From NCBI GenBank assembly GCA_963825425.1, contig CAWGTF010000012.1:77186-141185 (forward strand): DNA of 64,000 nt. Direction: 5' to 3'. The translations under genes and the position numbers were made by a program. The notes below the pieces were generated by a model, which was not told the origin of the DNA, searched no databases, and saw nothing but the letters and a program-made list of their open reading frames with translations. The first letter of the stretch is position 1. Each line of letters starts with the position of its first letter. The stretch is from an uncultured Actinomycetes bacterium. Lineage in GTDB: Bacteria > Actinomycetota > Actinomycetes > Acidothermales > Acidothermaceae. This document shows, one piece after another, positions 62,970-64,000 of the stretch.

Positions 62970-64000
62970 GAGCGGCTCGCTCACCCGCGCGCACGGCAGC
63001 TGCGCCGCCGACGTTGATGGCCGGTGAGCCGGTCGAACTCCGGCTGCTCGTGCCGGCCGCCGCGGCGTGGCTGAGCGCGGGGATTGCGCTGTCGCTGTCG
63101 GCGACTGAGGGCTTGCTGATAGCGGTGGCGCTCGTGGTCATCGGTGGCGGCGATCGCCGCTGACGATGCGGCGAGATCGGCAGTCGGCAGCTGGGCATGC
63201 CGTGCGCCGCCGGGTTGTCGCGGCCGCCCTTGTTTGCGCGGCGGGCGCGGCGGCTGCCGCAGCCTGGAGGGTGGCCGCGGTGCAACGCGGCCCGTTGCCG
63301 TCGCTGGCTCGCGCGCACGCCACGGTCACCTTGCAGCTGATCGTCACGAGCGATCCGCACTTGTCGGCCGGTTCATCGACAGGTTCCAGCCGACCGCTCG
63401 TCGTGCTGTTCGGCAAGGCCGTTGAGGTCAGCAGCGACACCGTGCCGAGCACCCGGATCAACTCACCGATCGTGGTACTCGCGACCGGCCCGGGCTGGCT
63501 CGCACTGCAACCGACGCAGCGCGTCACTGCAGCTGGCCGGGTCAGCGTGCCACAAGCCGGGTGAGTTGGAGACCGCGGTGTTCGATGCGCGCGGATCCCC
63601 GACACAGATCGGTGCCACGTCACCAATCGAGCGCGCCGCCGGTCGCATCAGACGCGGCTTGCGAACCGCTGCGTCACCGTTGCCGAAGCGGTCCGGGTGG
63701 CTTGCTGCCTGGTCTCGTCGACGGCGACACCTCGGGTCTGTCACCCGACCTCGTCGCGGCGTTTCGCACGACCGGTCTCACGCACATAGTTGCTGTCTCT
63801 GGTGCGAACGTCGCCATCGTGCTCGGTGCCGCGCTCGTGATCGCCCGTCGCACTGCGGCGCGCGCCTGCGTGCACAGGCGCTGTCGGTGTGCTCACGATC
63901 GTGGCGTTCGTGATCGTGGCCCGTCCTCAGGCGTCGCGTGTTGCGCGCGGCCGCGATGGGTCTTGTCGCGGTGCTTGCGCTAGCGACCGGACGCCGACGG
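62966..64000 (+). pseudogene. comEC: ComEC/Rec2 family competence protein, 5' part only (runs off the window), several frameshifts
   Basis: The start overlaps the comEA stop. LLPGLVDGDTSGLSPDLVAAFRTTGLTHIVAVSGANVAIV is the ComEC signature. The sensible sequence hops between ORFs 62966.., 63166.., 63422.. and 63561... Confidence 0.8.

Overview
High-GC (roughly 70%) Actinomycetota chromosomal segment, gene-dense on both strands. It carries the conserved actinobacterial backbone: tRNA-Gly/tRNA-Pro, tig, clpP1-clpP2-clpX, valS-folC, ndk, mreBCD-pbp2-rodA, a radical-SAM pair, rne, rplU-rpmA-obg-proB, proA-nadD, an LCP-like gene, rsfS, leuS, degV and comEA-comEC. Several accessory blocks interrupt it. 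(i) At 1-9.8 kb, a CstR-like two-Cys DUF156 repressor with twin palindromic operators links a thioredoxin operon to a methyltransferase operon. Next to it, an ArsR (Mtb Rv0081-like) regulator heads a six-gene group-4 [NiFe]-hydrogenase module; all seven genes overlap start-to-stop. (ii) A tryptophanase gene sits beside a repeat-rich proline-rich membrane protein. (iii) A DrrABC-like ABC-2 exporter. (iv) A YVTN beta-propeller lipoprotein. (v) A zinc-ribbon/cyclase/ATPase/TPR signalling protein. (vi) A block after tRNA-Ala holds a secreted Ig-repeat/Calx-beta protein, small ORFs, a DUF853 ATPase, mazEF, an oxidoreductase and a YciI protein. The most interesting non-coding signals lie in the 590-bp leader of leuS. 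One is a Leu-Leu-Leu mini-ORF followed by a canonical intrinsic terminator, a candidate attenuator. The other, upstream of it, is a cluster of hairpins with C-run loops resembling 6C sRNA. At least about 25 single-base frameshifts break conserved and often essential genes (valS, leuS, obg, proB, pbp2, folC, comEC and others). I read these as assembly indels rather than gene decay. No CRISPR array, rRNA, transposase or integrase was seen. All calls come from reading the sequence and from recalled family motifs; no searches were run, and RNA and regulatory coordinates are approximate.
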